From Octopus sinensis (taxonomy: Eukaryota), in NCBI RefSeq assembly GCF_006345805.1, contig NC_043011.1, forward strand, positions 52,898,464 to 52,962,463: a DNA stretch of 64,000 nucleotides. The letters run 5' to 3'. Shown piece after piece: positions 62,580-64,000 of the stretch. The translations under genes and the position numbers were made by a program. The notes beneath the pieces were generated by a model that was given only the letters and a program-made list of their open reading frames with translations, did no database searches and was not told the origin of the DNA. Numbering within the stretch: position 1 is the stretch's first letter; the number at the start of each line of letters is the position of its first letter.

Positions 62580-63200
62580 AAACATGGAAGTGATGCTACC
62601 AAAGCTAAACTAGGCCAAGACCATGCTATCGATGAATCAACAACTTGTAATATTATTCAGAGCATGAAGCTCTGACAGTGTTGCCTCATCATTGAATTTC
62701 CAAACAACAAGAAGCAGAAGTACTGCAATGATTGAAATGGAACATCTCTTGCTAATTTGGATCGAAGATTGCAATAATAAATATATATTCCTTTAAGTCA
62801 AATGGCTATCAAAATAATGATTGTTGGTCTGTTAGCAGCTGTTCAAATAGAAATGAAAGAAAATGAAATTGTTGGAAAAAATTTAACAAAACAATTTCTG
62901 GAAGTTCTGGATGGTCCAACAGGTTTAGGAAGTGATTTAAATCAATAACATGATAGGAAAATGCAAATGCAGATGGTGGTACAGTAACTAGCTATCCTGT
63001 TGAACTGATAAAAAAAAATTATTGGAAATGGGGTTTATGTTGAACAAATTATAAATATTGATGAAGCTGGATTGTTTTGGAAATGAATGGTGAATAAAAC
63101 TTACTCAGCAAAGAATAATAATTTGCAGCCTGGTTTTGAAAGTAGCTAATGATTAAAGAGTATTATAGTTTGCTTGTGGTATTGCAATGCATATAAATGG
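62580..63200 (+). mobile_element. Tigger/pogo transposase relic (HTH, CENP-B-like and DDE start)
   Basis: IDESTTCNII, MIEMEHLLLIWIEDCN and EQIINIDEAGLFWK resemble Tigger VFNVDETGLFWK; frameshifts. Confidence 0.85.
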
Positions 63201-63399
63201 TATATTTGGAAAAAAACCTTTGGGCAATGCAGATGGGGAGTTAGGCAATATATGTAAGGTAATATCAATATATGGAAACAAAGAGAAAAAAAATACTGTA
63301 TTCCCTTTTATAGGTTATTTAATAATCCTATATTGTTTTGGGAAAGATCCAAACAGAAGGGAAAAAATAATGCTGACTAAACCCTTTCAGTCAGTGTTG

Positions 63400-63741
63400 A
63401 ATAATACAAATAAAAGCTTCTTTGTTGACAACTTCAATTGAATTACCGCCACCACTTCTACTACCAACCTTTCTATTCCTTCTATTGCTATAGAGACCTG
63501 AGGGACACTCTTGACCAGTTGCCTGGCTTTGATGTGGTATTAGCGGTGGTTAATGTGGATGTGACGGTGGGGATGAAAGCTTTGTACTACTTCCTCAGAG
63601 TTCACATGTTCAAACCTGCTGTTGGTATTTTTTGTTGTGTTTCCGAGCAAAACACTTTATTTCAGTTCGTTGAGTTGTTTGGGAATAAGGCATCGGTTCA
63701 GTCTAAGAATATTAAGCATCAGACATTCATTGTCAGTCTAT
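63400..63741 (+). repeat. Copy 2 of the unclassified repeat
   Basis: See 61399-61760. Confidence 0.85.
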
Positions 63742-63765
63742 CAATGTAACATGGGTTTTAATTAA

Positions 63766-63968
63766 CTCTTTCGTTACTGTATTTATTTTGAGATGCTCTG
63801 TGTTTCTTTCAATAACTTTAAATATAACAAAGAATTTAGTAAAATAACTTAGTTACCATTCAGTTAGTGTTAGGAACATAAATTGTGACTAAGGTTTGGT
63901 GGAAGATTTTAATTCAAAACTTGTACTCAGAGCCAGAGCCAGTTTCAGCCAGGTTGGTAACAAAAGGG
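63766..63968 (+). mobile_element. piggyBac-type MITE family P1, uninterrupted
   Basis: TTAA flanks (63762-65 / 63969-72); TIRs CTCTTTCGTTAC / GTAACAAAAGGG; internal TTAA at 63818-21. Confidence 0.88.
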
Positions 63969-64000
63969 TTAAGTCAACAACTGTTATCATGGGGTTCATT

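Noticed and set aside
63438-63749. 103-aa ORF as a gene
   Set aside because: The paralogous copy at 61399-61760 has a stop and a frameshift in this frame; no ATG context or splice support.

Overview
AT-rich animal genomic DNA made mostly of transposon relics and microsatellites. The SINE, RTE and Penelope-like repeats look like those of Octopus; this is recognition from memory, not a database hit. No complete protein-coding gene, rRNA, true tRNA gene or CRISPR array is supported, and most ORF-track entries are microsatellite or TE artefacts. Supported elements: three mariner copies (two full-length with TIRs and TA target sites), an internally deleted maT (D37D), Tigger/pogo and hAT relics, several MITEs, RTE/CR1/Tx1/Penelope-like retroelement fragments, a Helentron-like element and dozens of tRNA-derived SINEs (several with 11-17 bp TSDs). 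A possible host gene on + has a CRE/TATA promoter and non-coding exon (about 18590-18961) and an ATG-bearing exon (59639-59885), implying an intron of about 40.7 kb if they are linked. Most notable: an intact-looking minimal type I hammerhead ribozyme at 58753-58787 and a decayed one at 25833-25874; a piggyBac-type MITE inserted in reverse into its own family's internal TTAA; one SINE head carrying four different 3' tails; a 101-nt near-perfect hairpin; a tandem-palindrome cluster; and a cryptic 33-35 bp repeat array. Nothing here is demonstrably a new system; the findings are testable candidates.
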